From Haliotis cracherodii (taxonomy: Eukaryota), in NCBI RefSeq assembly GCF_022045235.1, contig NW_027266308.1, positions 59,148,001-59,212,000 of the forward strand: 64,000 nucleotides of DNA. The letters run 5' to 3'. The notes under the pieces are model-generated. The model worked only from the letters and a program-made list of their open reading frames with translations. It was not told the origin of the DNA and searched no databases. Of the stretch, positions 15,201 to 29,088 are shown one piece after another. Numbering within the stretch: the first letter of the stretch is position 1; every line of letters begins with the position of its first letter. A program made the translations under genes and the position numbers.

Positions 15201-17013
15201 CAGTCTCATTGTTTAGATGGAATTTTTCCGCAACCACACAATGTGCTGTTATTCCAATCCAAAGAAATCTACAAAGTTCCTTTGCGTCAGTGCATGCCGC
15301 CAGACACTGATGTGTATAAAGTCAAACACATGATTTGAAACTATGTTTGTTGGAGATAAGATGTAAGATATGGCATGACAACTGAATAATATATTGTATT
15401 ATCCTTCAGGCTTTCTTACTATAATTTGTCAGACGTTTTCTGTCTTTTCTTGGTACTCATGTACCCTTGGATTACTGAGATTAATCACATTTTAATCACA
15501 TGAGCATAAATCCATTTCATGATCTCAACACAACACCCTGCAGGTGTACTTCAATACACAGCTTACATTTGCAGCAGCACAGCTGCAACAGCCCCTTGTT
15601 GAATTCATCAGATGAAGGACTGGATGGCTAAATGTCAAAGCTTTAATAGCTTCCTATAAACAAAATAACCAGTATTATCTTAAATTCAAGAAAGAAATGG
15701 AACACTATTTGTATCAGAATCACACAACATCTGTTATAGCAGCAATATAGAGCACTGGAATTAAACAACATGAATAGGGTCTCCTATTTGTAGCTCTGTC
15801 ACAAGAAAATGAGACTAAACCAAATAAAAGCAACAAAGCTGGCACTGTGACACCGTTAACTGAGCCTGACTTCTCTGGCTATATGACCTTTCGTAAACAA
15901 TTAGATGAATATATAAAAAAGTCATGTTACATATTACACATATGATATATGTCACCTGTCAGTCTAAGGCATATGTTTTACATGTTACAGCATCGTTTCC
16001 CTTTTCACGCACTGACAGCAATTACTTGCATCAGAACGTTTGCAGATTTGCGCTATTAAATGCGACCTTAACATTATTTATGACTTTTAACAGTTGTACA
16101 GTTATATCGCGGCGTGTCTGCTTAATGTGGGAGGAAAACCCGGAGTGATGCAGTTTACCACTTCGATGAAACCCTAGAGCACGGATATGGTGCTGTCAAA
16201 CCTAGAAACATACCCACAGAAACAATCATAGGTTTCTGGCGTGCCCAAGGGACGCGACTCTACGCAGCTTCACCTTAGACGACTGGGCCATCCGTGCCCC
16301 CTCATGTCCAACGAAGACAGCGAGCATAAAAAGTCGTGAACAAAGCCACTTTTCAAAGGGGCCATAATGCGTTCTATAACATAATACATTTGTTTAAGCG
16401 TGTGGCTCTATAAACTCTCAGGAGTTATGGGTGAAGTTTGCGGTTATCCATCACCTTCTATGTTATTTTCAAAGAGAACATTGGGCAAATTAGTATTTCA
16501 TTTTTTACCAATTGCTTGTGACGTGTGTGCGATTTAACAGCATATCCTAACACAAAACAGTAGCTGTACTTCATATAATGTTCAATAAAGATAAACTTAA
16601 ATTATTCTGCAATTTGAACGTGCATGTTTATGCCTGCGCATAATTTGGATGTTTGCGTGTTTGTTGGGTGCATGATACTCACATACGTGGTTTGTGAATG
16701 TCAACAGCGCACAATGATTGTTTAGCTATCAGGTGCTCAGACAAAACATCTTTGTTCAACCGTAAGTAATGCTTACGCAATGCCGAGGCTTGCTGAAACC
16801 TAACTTCTACCCGCTGTGGGTACGCTGCAAACAGAAATGTCGCCAGAGTTGCCAGACATTTTTATGTTCATTAAAAAACATTATTATCTCTTTGGAGACG
16901 TTTTCTACAGCATGGCAACATTCGTGACTTGCCATGGGCCGGTCGTCCACGTGTTACGTCAACAAGACAACCATTTCGGTTATGAATACACAATGCCATT
17001 TAGAAAGTGGTCA

Positions 17014-17333
17014 ATGTAACAAATGTTATATTTGGGATAACACTTTCTTAGTAAAGTACAGATTCTCGTACTTTTTTGTGTTGAGTCCCGTCCAGGATTC
17101 GGATTTACACTTTTCAGAGGGGTACTCAAAGTACGTGATCTAGACTACCAGTTGTCGGACTTTCATTTTTGTGGAAGCCTCGGTGGCTGAGATCGCTGAC
17201 TTTGTGTGCTGGCGATTAGGTGCCTCACTCTGGCAAGTGTAGGTTCAAATCCCGGACGGGACTCAACCCCAAAAAGTACGAGAATCTGTACTTTACTAAG
17301 AAAGTGTTATCCCAAATATAACATTTGTTACAT
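17014..17333. mobile_element. Foldback/MITE-like element with ~100-bp inverted arms and tRNA-like boxes
   Basis: atgtaacaaatgttatatttgggataacactttcttagtaaagtacagattctcgtactttt (from 17014) is inverted perfectly, ending at 17333. The arms continue imperfectly to ~17112 and ~17235. Confidence 0.85.
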
Positions 17334-17514
17334 ATTAGGTTCATGCATATATGGAATACCAAACTGTCATATTATGCAAATCATGGAACTGTTTATGAGG
17401 GACTGTTGTCAACTTATGTTTTTCATATTCGAACTTCAGAATGAATGAGTGAGTAAGTTGGGTTTAACTCCGCTTTAACTCTGAGTATTTTCATATCACT
17501 CAGTCACCTAAATG

Positions 17515-17573
<59 letters not shown>

Positions 17574-20500
17574 TGGGGGGAGGGGGGGGGGGGGGGGCAA
17601 ACCTGATCTGATGCAGACCATAGACGTTTATCAGTTTGGTAAAACCCACGAGCTCAGATATAAGGCTGACAACATAGAAACATACCCAGGAGAAACCTGG
17701 ATTCGAACCCAGTATCATTGGTAACTGCCAAGCTCAAGGGACGCAACTCTTAACAGCGAGTTGCTACCTCAGACGACCAAACCCGTGCCCAGTTAATTCA
17801 GAAATAACGAAAGATTACATAACGACCTCGAGAATACCCTCACTGAGCAATACCGTGACAGTAGCTTGATGATAATACTGTAAATTGCACTTTAATTTGG
17901 TAACTTTATCATTGTTTCGGGGAAATGAACCAAACACGCCGCTCAGCTGCATGTAAACAAGCATGTCGCCCTCTAATATCCTCATAGATAAATGGCTGCT
18001 TCTACAGGAACCCAACATCCTTATCAGGGAAACATTCTCCTGACCTTCACTGAACAAAATCAATACACATCTTGTTAAAATTCATGAAACCGATCATATA
18101 GACACTTGAAAGTACATGTATGTTACCAGTCATTTCTAACGGTTGGCATGTCAGTCTGACCAGTTGTCAGTGTAAGCGGTAAGATACTGAAATCCTATTT
18201 TGTTCAATGTCATTTTCAGGTGAATCAAGTAAGCATACGCCCACATGACATTACTGTATTGTGCAGAAGTTTACTCTAAATATTTGAAACTTCATTGTGT
18301 GGATTATGTACATATTGTTTTAGTTCGCGTGACAGCGGGTAACACAACATCAAATTATCTGCTGGGATTAGAGAGTTTGCAAGCATGACTGTGCAAAACA
18401 GGAAATGGACATAAGGCCACATTTTTTCGACAGGAAATTTATTGAAATGAAAAATAAAAATCTTAATTGGTTTTTCTTTTTTATCTCGCCGATAAGCTTA
18501 GCATGTTTCGCGAAAATATTTTCTAAGCAAGTAATCAATGAAGTTGATAAGTATCAAACACAGGGGTCAAATTATAATTTGTTCTCTTGTTGTTCCTGAA
18601 ATTTATAGGATTCGTATAATGCACAACAGTATTCCGTTAGAGTCGTGAGGTTGGCATTGCTTTTCCCACCATTTTTATCTTTCATACCAGCCGATCCGTA
18701 GTGGTGTGTAAACTAAGAAAATTTTGAATTGGATTTTTACCCCAGCTACCGACATGTAAATAAAATAATAATTATCCTGTAAATAATCCGTAAAGCAAGT
18801 AAAAAAATGTGTGACCTAATTGTGCAGAGAGGTATCTACAGGCCAGGAATGGTAATCTTAGATACGATCAGATGATCCTTGTGCGGCTAAGGGATTCAAT
18901 TGTTCAAAGCAAATTCAAACCCCCAAACCAGTATTCCATCATAAAGTAAGTTTATATTTGGTACACATGTTACAAACGCTGATTATTTTAACTCGGGGGG
19001 GAAATGGTTATGTTTTTCTTTAGCAAATCTATCGACTGTAGCTCGCAGAGTCGCCTGAATACAACAACGGAAATATCAGGTCATGTCCATATCAAATTAT
19101 CATATTGCATGACCATGCATAGGTAATAGTTCATCGGTCGCAGCATGAGCAAAACATATCCCCATCATGGGACATTATGAAAAAGTTATGTTCAGGTACT
19201 TACAATCAGGTTTTTATTATATAAAAGTGATATTTCCATTGCAGGGAACATAGCACTTAATATTTTACTGCAGTGAACAAAACACTTTGACGGAACGGTT
19301 GTCATGCAACAGTTAAATTGTCTCCCTTTATCGTAAGTGTCTGGCCCGCACGCAAAATATTGACGTCATTTTACGTTAGTTCCACATTGACAAGGCAAAA
19401 TAATGACAGATGGTCAAACATGGAGTTAATATCACTTCTTTTTTTTAGTTATTCTCTCGAAATATGTTTCTTTATCAACTGTAAATTTCTCATTTTACTC
19501 GTCAATCGAGACTGTTCGTTTCGCAAAGCGCCATTTTCGTTACTTGACCAACGTGTATTCTTTCGCTTCCAACAGCGGTCTCCTAGTTTTCAAGAATATT
19601 ATTTGTTAAAATTGATTTTGTATATACCCATATCTAAATGCATGATAAATTATTTTCGTGACACGAAATACTTGTAGATACTTTTAGTTCTATTGTTTAA
19701 GATATTGCAAACACGGAATCACTTTTAAGTAGCATATTTTCAAGGGGAAGTGAACCTCCCCTGTGTGTTAGGTAGGGAGAATTTATGTTTCAAGATTTTA
19801 CATTCGTAATGAAATAATTCACTTTTCCGATAACTACACAAAAAGCATATAATAAATCGGATATTCCATTTGTCTCGTGAAATATCATGTTTCTCTTACT
19901 CGATGAGACAAGCAGGATATTTCACTAGCCACATGAAATGTCCTCTATTTATGTTTTTGTTACCGAAAGCAAGCGTTAGTTGTGTATGTCTCTCTTCCTG
20001 GCAGTCAACAACCTGCCGGCGGCACAAGATGAGAACTAAAGAACCACAGATTTCATGTTCGCAAAATGTAGGTTTAAGTTCACTTGTGTCAAACGCCCAT
20101 CTTGGACGTTGTGGCAACTTGTGTTAACGAGCTGCAAAACCAAATAAACATCATTGGTGAAGTTCAAAAGGGTCCAGTCTGATATTTGCTGCTGAAACCT
20201 AGTTCTTGCTTTCTCGATGGAAGTTAATACTATTATATGACACATTATCATCGGTGTTTACATAAATATATTTGCTCACACATGCTATGCTTTTCGCCAA
20301 ATACTATTTTCTCAGGGAAAAGCGATCTTATTGCTGCAATGTACATTATGTATTCTAATTTATACCGAATATTTACTTACGTGAGGGAATAGTACTGATC
20401 AATCAGAATCCTAATCAAATAGAATTTTCTAAATAAAGGACATTATGCATATTTACGTGACTCATCATAGCAATGTTGGGGGACACCGGGAATGGGCTTC

Positions 20501-21602
20501 ATGCACTGCAGCTGTGTAGTAAATGCAGACCTGTGACTTTATGACCCACAAGGATTCCAAAGTCCCCATGCTTCTACAAGGAGATATACTATGTGATATT
20601 GAAAAAGTATATTATGTGATTTACAAGAGATGTTTCTACTATGATTGAAAACTGTACTTGACATTTCATCGAAAGAATATATTGTTCGATGCTCGATATT
20701 TATGCATTATACATCACGATTAAAATCAGTTCAACGATCTCCTCTCAAAAACATAGTTTTTGTGATTCCTGTTGGTTCGACGAAAAACATGTATACGAAT
20801 ACAGAACATGTAATGTATTTTTTCATGACTATCAAGCACAAGTACACTAATAGACACAGGGCAGATGACGTTCCACTTCGAAATAACTATATAGAAGGTA
20901 ATATCATTTCAAGATTATTTTTTTCTTCGACATATAATTCCTTTACGATGGCTCTACCTCTATTAATTGAAGTACTATGCTTTCTCATCATTCCCACTGG
21001 GTCATGATTTCTAAAGGTTAAACATAACACATGATCACAACAATGCGAACCGGTCTTTTTCCTTTTGTACTATAAATATATTCTGCCGGCTAAAATCTCA
21101 AAGTAATGAAGTATTTGAAATATATCTAAATCCTGACATTTAGAAATACTGTATGAAGATCACGATTACTTATTAAAAGTTTTATATTAAATGTCAGAAT
21201 ATTATCTGGCCAGGTTAGGTTCTGTGTTGTACCTACCAGGTATGGTCAATAATCAACCTTACACAGTATTAAATCATCAAAACTCAGCCGTAATATTATA
21301 TATATTCGATCGCTATATGAAAGCACATTAACAATGGTACACCATTCATATCTTCTTACGTGACTATAAACGTACTGGAATAGCACACGTCGATATATTT
21401 ATATAAATCCAAAGCAAGTGATTCCCTGGTATTTGATTGGCTTACTAAACAATGCTGACCACGTCCACGTGCGGACCACTGCTTCCTCACTTCTTGCTAA
21501 TGTGGAGGGGTGTGTATTTGTCTTGGGTAAAATTATTCAAGTGATTTATATTGATGTCCACCGTGGTTTGTGAATCACATCAGCATATTTGTTCATGAGA
21601 AT

Positions 21603-22085
21603 TGACTTCAGCATGTGTTTGGGGTAACTTCAGCATGTGTTTGCGGTGACTTCAGCATGTGTTTGCGGTGACTTCAGCATGTGTTTGCGGTGACTTTAGC
21701 GTGTGTTTGTGGTGACTTCAGCATTTGTTTGTGGTGACTTCAGCATTTGTTTGCGGTGACTTCAGCATGTGTTTGCGGTGACTTCAGCATGTGTTTGCGG
21801 TGACTTCAGCGTGTGTGCGGTGACTTCAGCATGTGTTTGCGGTGACTTTAGCGTGTGTTTGTGGTGACTTCAGCATTTGTTTGTGGTGACTTCAGCATAT
21901 GTTTGCGGTGACTTCAGCATGTGTTTGCGGTGACTTCAGCATGTGTTTTCGGTGACTTCAGCGTGTGCTTACGGTGATTTCAGCATGTGTTTGCGGTGAC
22001 TTCAGCATGTGTTTGCGGTGATGTTAGCGTGTGTTTGTGGTGACTTCAGCATGTGTTGCGGTGACTTCAGCATGCGTTTGCGGTT
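21603..22085. repeat. 22-bp minisatellite (GGTGACTTCAGCATGTGTTTGC), ~22 copies
   Basis: ttcagc recurs at 21607, 21629, 21651, 21673 and onward. Confidence 0.95.
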
Positions 22086-22999
22086 TTAGTAGCGGATTTT
22101 ACGTAAATTATACTGTGCAGGATTCTTTAGACATGAGTAGAGCATGTCGCAGATAGGTCACGAGAGCACTAGGGTGATTCATATGACAATTGTGTTGAGT
22201 TGAGTAAGTTGGTATGACAGTCAGAAATCCAGACACGATGCAGATCCCTCTTTTGTGAAACGGCTATGGTGCTTGAGTGAGTGAGTTAGTTGAGTTAAAA
22301 GTGGCTCTGAATAGTATTTCAGTTACACCACGGCGTGTCAGCTTAGTGTAAAGGAAAGCTCAATACTATTACTGAAAATGTTAAGCAGTTCATACATACA
22401 TGCTTTCTTTGTAACAAACGCGAGGTTATTACGATTTTGTCATGATAGACTTCAGCGTGGTGTGGTATGTTTATCAATTGCACTTTTGGCATGGGTCATT
22501 GCAAAATGGTGCCTTAAAGGGTTTGCATCGATACACATACAAGTAAACTATTAACAACTTCAGAAACATACCAGCATGTAAGTCCTATTTCGCAATAAAA
22601 TAAATCATGGCGCAAACTAATGAAGACATAATTCAGACGATTATTATTTAAAGATGTCTGAGACAGTCTTCTTGATCTGTAAGTCAATAGAGGTGATCCA
22701 TCTGAGGCCATCTGGCAGAGAGGTCCCTGTATGTGGCTACCGTAACGCTAAATTGATCATAGGCTTGAGTTTCGACCGTTCTCATTGAAACCTTTCGCTT
22801 GTTGCTTGTTCAGAATAATCTGGGCAATTATCGAAAAGGCCATACACTAATATGGCGAGGTAAAGATCGTGATCTCCGCTCCTGCGTGCAAAGGCGACCA
22901 TTGAAGTGGCTTGAGCCTGGGCTCGTGTCCAAGAAGATGGCATGTTTACGTTGTTCTACACCATGAGGTTAGTCGCCTATTCGCATTGGGTGGTATGTG

Positions 23000-23350
23000 T
23001 GGGTTAGTTTCATGTTCTGACTAGGTGACATACGGGGGTTTATTTTACTATTGCAACTAGGTGGCATATGGGGGTTCGTATAATATTCCTACAAGGTAAC
23101 ATAAGGAGGTGAGTTTACTATTCTCATTAAATGGTATACCGAGGTTAGTTTACTATTCCTACAGTGTGACTTACGTGGATCAGCTTACTATTTTTGCTAG
23201 TTAGTTTACTATCATGCCTACTCAGTTACATAAGGGTGTTAGTTTCCAATTCCTATTTGGTGGCACACGGGAGTTACGTAACTATACCTACAATGTGGTA
23301 TGCGGGGCTAGTTTACTATTCCTACTAGGTGACATACTGGGGTTAGCTTA
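23000..23350. repeat. Degenerate ~35-36-bp minisatellite (ggggttagtttactattcctactaggtgacatac-like)
   Basis: About 10 diverged units. Confidence 0.75.
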
Positions 23351-24590
23351 GTCTTCCAAATTAGATGTCTTTGGGTATTAGTCTGCCTGTTTGGTGAAAC
23401 AGGGCTATTCATTCAAAACAAGTCTGATTCCTTTCACCTTGTGGTGTACAATCTGGAAACTGAAGGAAGTCGTTCAGTAGTATATGTTCTACTTTACCAG
23501 CAACACTTACATACATCGACGACAACGTGAATCATTCGCCATATAAAGTGGGAAGCGCCATGTCATACAAGCCGAGTACGCAATGGGCCTTGGGCGCCAT
23601 CGATAATTGTTGACGTCATAACAGCTTTTTTCTGCAAGCCATCGATCAGCCCTGGAGAACGTATTGTATTCTCTAGTTACTAATTACGACAAAGTTCTAA
23701 CTTCCTATTTGGAAGTAGGAACTTAACGACAAGGGAAGATACTCTTTAAGCCCGATTCTGACTGGTTTTCGTAACGTGATACATTTTCATATTCATGACA
23801 AAACATCAGTGTGATACAGATACGAAATCAATGACATTGCAGGCTTTGTTACTGATACACGTAGCAGGTGAAACAAAGTGATCATGGATATTGAAAGAAA
23901 GATTTATATGCAATAGTTAGCCATCTACGCAATATAGAGGCAAGGCATTAGGTGTAATAATGAGGTAAATCTGTAGTTGGGAAAAGTACTAGTGTTGTCG
24001 TGAGGGAGTTCTCAAGTTGCCTGCCCCCATACCATACACGGTCGTCTTAGATTAGAGCGCCCAAGGTGATAAGGTCAATCGTTCTCATGCCATTTCGTAG
24101 ATTATATGTCATGAAGTCTATACGTGAAAATTAGAATCGATCTTATACCTTAAATGCGGGACAACTGGTCAATTAAAATCACTAGAACCAAAATGTTAGA
24201 ATCCGCTTCATTAGGAAGGACAAAAATTAACCATCTCCGGGCTCGTAGTTAGACGGCTGCCCCTGAATCACGTGAATCGCATTAGATTCTTGCAGTGTTA
24301 TAGCTCTGGTTGACAGCTTAAATCATTGCTTCTGGCAATCTTTTCTAAATGTCATGATAAGGGCTAGCCAAAGACGAACGCTGGTAATTCTAGCAGAGTT
24401 AAACGTCAGTTGTGAAATTAACTGTGTCAGTTTCTTTATCCCATTAGTCATTAAGTTCGAGAGTGTACGCGATAAGAACTTACACTACAATAAACTTCGC
24501 TGCGGTACATTTCTACGAAGTCGATGATCACTGCTGAATTTGTCCAATGAAGGAGCTCTGTGATAGATAGTACCCGGAACTATTCACACT

Positions 24591-24738
24591 ACACTAAACT
24601 ACAGTTATAACGAAGTCAATGGGACCCCTAATTTTAGTTCGTTATAACCGTAGTTCGTTATAAGCATATATACAGTTTATATACAGAAAATGTCGGGTGA
24701 AAATGAGTTACATCAGTCATTTCGTTATAAGCGTGTTC
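24591..24738. mobile_element. pogo/Tigger-like MITE remnant
   Basis: Repeated and inverted ttcgttataa / ttataacgaa subterminal motifs (4 copies). Confidence 0.45.
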
Positions 24739-25622
24739 TGGAAACGTACTTCCAGTAATTCTATACTGATATTTAGGGGTCTCACAAATTCAGATATGTG
24801 AGTCCCCCGCTCAATAAAACTGATGACTAATTAACTTCAAATACAGCTGTCGAAGACTTCAAAACATATAGGTAACAGTGCTACGGAAAGGCTGTGCAAT
24901 GTGGCAACATTCTGTCGAGTGACTGTCCACACTTGTGGTCGAGCACAACCAGGGGACCCTAACACGAGCGTATACTGTGATGACCTCCTTATGAGCGGTA
25001 TTGTCTGCATGATGACATCGCCATCGACTGTGTCCCCTAAGGCCCAACCTTTATACACGTGGCTTAGAGAATTTCTACTTATGAATAGCGTGATGATTGA
25101 TGGCCAAGAAAGTGTAAGCTCCTTCCAAGGACAGAAATAATGACCCAGTCGCCCTCTGTCCTTCCCAATTGCTTTCTTTGTTGCTGTGCCACCATGGATA
25201 AGATGACCATGAAAAGAGGGACACCATGCTCTTAAATAATTTTACCACCGCCGCCGCGAAAGAGTTCTTCAATTGCAGGATACATTGGCAGCATGTCGAT
25301 GAATAGGCATCAATTACCTCTGCACAATATACGGGGTAATTGATTTAGACCAAGACCTTTACTTAACACTCTCCCCTTTATTATATATTTATCCCACACG
25401 ATCAAAGGCAGCCACGGAGATGTTGTTTCTGATTGTTTATAACTGACAATAATTGATATAATACTGCTGTTCAGTGTGCAAGTTATGCGCTTGAGGTATA
25501 GAGAGACTCGTACTGTTCGTACATATGGCGATAACGATGTAGCATGTGACACCAAATGGTTATTCCGTACTGCTGTCATGTTTAAGTAACTTCTTTGAGA
25601 GCCATGAAGAGGTTGGATTACT

Positions 25623-25793
25623 AAGTAAGGATAATTATATGGATGAACATTTTCTTTATTACAATTAGGAGCGACGTTTCGGTGTAGGTTCTAACTGCTC
25701 ATTACTTGCCTGATAACGATGTTAGAACCTACACCGAAACGTCGCTCCTACTTGAATAGGGACCGTGTTCATCCATATGTCTTATCCTTACTT
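25623..25793. repeat. Palindrome with perfect 30-bp inner arms, resembling Penelope-type terminal repeats
   Basis: taggagcgacgtttcggtgtaggttctaac (25666-25695) pairs with 25721-25750. The outer arms (tgttcatccatat..ttatccttactt) are imperfect. Confidence 0.8.
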
Positions 25794-25859
25794 TGTTTAA
25801 GTGTGTTTGAATAATATTGCAACGGCATGTATTTCTGAAGTTTGTTGATATTATCAAGA

Positions 25860-26225
25860 ACATCGCTCGTATATAGCGAACGTGTGTGTGAGTGCGTGCG
25901 TTGCGTGCGTCCGTGCGTGCGTGCGTGTGTGCGTGCGTGCGTGAGTATCAGTTGGAATAATGCCGGTTTTATAGTGCTAGCCCACTGAGCTAGCCCAATG
26001 AGATGTGTGTCATTTTGCACTTTAACAAGGATACCCCGCTCAGACGCAGTATACTGACTCCCAGCCGACCAAAACCTTGTTTCATCCCCTCAATACCAAA
26101 CAACATAAGGGTAACAACAAGAACCATCTTTTAACGTCTTTTGGTATGAAGCGGCCGGGGATCGAACCATCGACCTTTCGCACTCCGAACAGACACTCTA
26201 TCCACTAAGACCAAGGACATGGTCC
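25860..26225 (-). mobile_element. SINE family A copy
   Basis: Reverse-strand head (tagtggatagag...ggttcgatccccggccg) and core (cagtgggctagcactataaa). Confidence 0.8.
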
Positions 26226-27927
26226 TTTCTTTCTACATGTATCAAGTTGAAGTATAAACGATAGATCTATACCATCTGAGGACCCAGGATATGAGTTAAT
26301 GCTTCTATATGTGCATTTGACACGCAGGTGGCTGCACCTTTCCAGCTGTTACCATCCAACATTAAAGAGTATGGTGTCAACTGTTACGAGCTTCCTGATA
26401 TGGCACTTCACTGAAATATGCAATGTTTGCTTTCTGTCTTATCATTAAGCAAATACCCGGACACATTTATTTCCGTTAGCGGAAATTGAAACGTAGAAAT
26501 CGATGAAATATGTTTAATATCACATCAGTCACCCGTGATCAAGTATGGTCGTGCGACTCAACAACAACACTAAACCTCAAATGGTAAAATGAAGTTTTCT
26601 GTGAAAAGAGAGTGGTTGAGAATGAGTGAGTCAGTTTGGTTTTACGCCGCTTTTAGCAATATTCCAACCCTATAACGGTGAGGACACCAGAAACAGGCTT
26701 CATACAGATGGGACCTTGATCAGCGAACGCTTGAACCATTTCGTTACCATTATCCCACTAGTGGTTGTGTCTCCTTCACGTAATGAATACTGAACAAAAA
26801 CAGTTCAGGATCATGAAATATTTTTATACACTGTACACATTTAAAGAAACTCTGTACAACAAAATATCCCCAAGGATATTCATGATCTTTTATTTGTTTT
26901 GTTCAGTAATGTGTTTGTCTATTGTTGTTAATTAACATTGAAGGTCATATCACGTTCAGGTAGATGACTACTGCTGGTTGATTACTTACCTGTGAACATT
27001 TACATCATGCTATTAGTGTCTTCAGCTACAGACCCGTGAAGATCCGGGTAAATGATGGGTCTTCTGCCAGCCATGTTTGCCGTAAGAGGCAACGATGCTT
27101 CTCGTAAGAGACGATTAACGGGATCGGGTGGTCAGACTCGATGACGTGGTTGATGCACGTCATCGTATCCCATTATTCGAGTATTTACAGACCGCAGTCA
27201 TGTAGCTGGAATATTCCTGCGTGCGGCGTTAAACAACAAACAAGCAAACAAATATTAGCTACATTGTTATTATTCACGCAGGTGCCATTGTTCTTCAGCT
27301 CACAGCCATTGAAGAAAAATAAAGAACCGTTCATCGCTAATAATGACACAGCGCGATACAATATATTGAATTTCGAATGCCAGTGTATTCACTGTGGACA
27401 CAACAAATTAATTACCTGTCAAACTTGAAGAGATGGGGGAAGCTGTTTTTGGTGTTTTTGAGATTGCAAAATATAATGCCGTTAGATGATGGCAAAAACC
27501 TTAAATGATGAGATGTCAATGATCGGACATCAATAATGTTACATTGTAGTATTTTCCCAAAGTATGACTCCTTGAACGATTGTTTTGTTTGATTCGTTGG
27601 TTGGTTGGCATGATGCTTAGTGAGCTGGTTGGTTGAAAGTCATTTGCTTCAGAATATGTAGTACGCATTTACACAATCTTAAAACAGCTGTTCAGGGGCG
27701 GTATTTAATTCTTGCTGACTTTTTTCTGTCAGTCATCTAAAATGACATTTGTAATAATTGAGAAATTGCTTTCAGCGGTGCTTGTTTGTTGATGTCATCG
27801 ATTCTTTCTTATCTTTCTTGCATCGATAAGCGACACCTCTCTGATATTAAGTTGTCATTATCTATTAACTCCAGTCAATTATTTCATGAAATTTAACTTG
27901 TTCAATTTCGCTCGAGATAAACAAATA

Positions 27928-29088
27928 AGAGGGCTGGTCAAAAAGTTCTAAGCCTGACTAACTTTCAACTGTGGGCCATTCCACAGTGACCCAATTTGAG
28001 TAGTTCATTGCAGGTGTATTTGGTCTGTTTAGGCAGTTTGTATATTAGTGACAGCCAGCTAAACGTAGTAGGAGTCCAAATGGACACAGAATTGGAAAGG
28101 AACTAATACCAAACAGTCGTCAAGTTTTTGACTTTAAAGAAAAGTACTCCCCAAGAAATTCATGTCACCAGTATATGGGGATACGTGCCCCAGCTATTCC
28201 ACTGTTAAACGTTGGGCAGCTATGTTTAAGGCTGGGAGAACAAGCCTTGATGATGACTCTAGGTCTGGACATCCCTTAATTTTCATCAATGAAGATTCAA
28301 TCAAGGAGATAGAAAAAAACTTTAACTGTCCGATCGACGTATTACCGTTGCGGAGGAAGATACAGGTCTAAGACAAGGATCCATTGAAACTATTATTCAT
28401 GAATATCTACAGATGAAAAAGAACTGACATTGCCAGAGAAACGTTAGAGCTAATTGAGAAGATTTACGTCTATTCAAAGGGAAATGAAACATGGGTGTAC
28501 CACTAAGATCCCATCTCTAATCGTCAATCCTTGGAATGACACCTTTACATTTCTCCGGCACCAAATAAATTCAAGACTTCAAGATCAGTGAAGGGAGTTA
28601 TGCAAAGGATGTGATCCTTATTGATTACTTATAAAGTCAAAAGACGATAACCGGTGACTACTGTGCTGATTTGCTTCATCGCATTAGAGATTCTATCAAA
28701 GAAAAGCGGCGAGGAATGCTGACTGCTGGAATTCTACTCCTTCATGACGATGCCTCTTTAAAGGCTACCGTGTGATGTGAGTTCGAAGAGCTTCCTAACC
28801 CTCCATACTCGTCAGACCTGGCACCAAGTGATTTCCACCTATTTCCTGAACTGAAAGAACACCTTCGTGGAAAGCGCTATGACGACAACGATGACCTCAA
28901 AGCTGCCGTGAATGTGTAAGCCTTAAGGTGGCTTCAGAAAACGTCTTCCTGACTGGAATTGAAAAGCTTCAATTTTGATATGAGAGGGTACTGAACAGCA
29001 GGGAGATAATGTTGCAAAACAACATTAAAAACTCTTTCACAATTGTTGGTTTTGTTTGTTAGGCTTAGAACTTTTTGACCAACTTTCA
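27928..29088 (+). mobile_element. Decayed mariner (DD34D-type) DNA transposon
   Basis: TIR core ggtcaaaaagttctaagcct (27936-27955) is perfectly inverted at 29061-29080, with TA at 27926-27927. The broken transposase from ATG 28080 includes VYGDTCPSYSTVKRW..FK.GRTSL.DD.RSG, ETWVYH, LHDDA and PPYSSDLAPSDFHLFPELKEHLRGKRY (YSPDLAP-like). Stops, frameshifts and deletions are present. Confidence 0.93.

Noticed and set aside
21603-22085. Regular repeat array as a CRISPR
   Set aside because: Head-to-tail units with no spacers, in a eukaryotic context; it is a minisatellite.
22916-22953. Candidate globin exon 1 end: AWARVQEDGMFTLFYTM-AG|gttagt (phase 2, W..VQED resembles GbX helix A)
   Set aside because: In-frame TGA immediately upstream, no usable acceptor or ATG, spacing one residue short, and no B10 Phe or B6 Gly in register.
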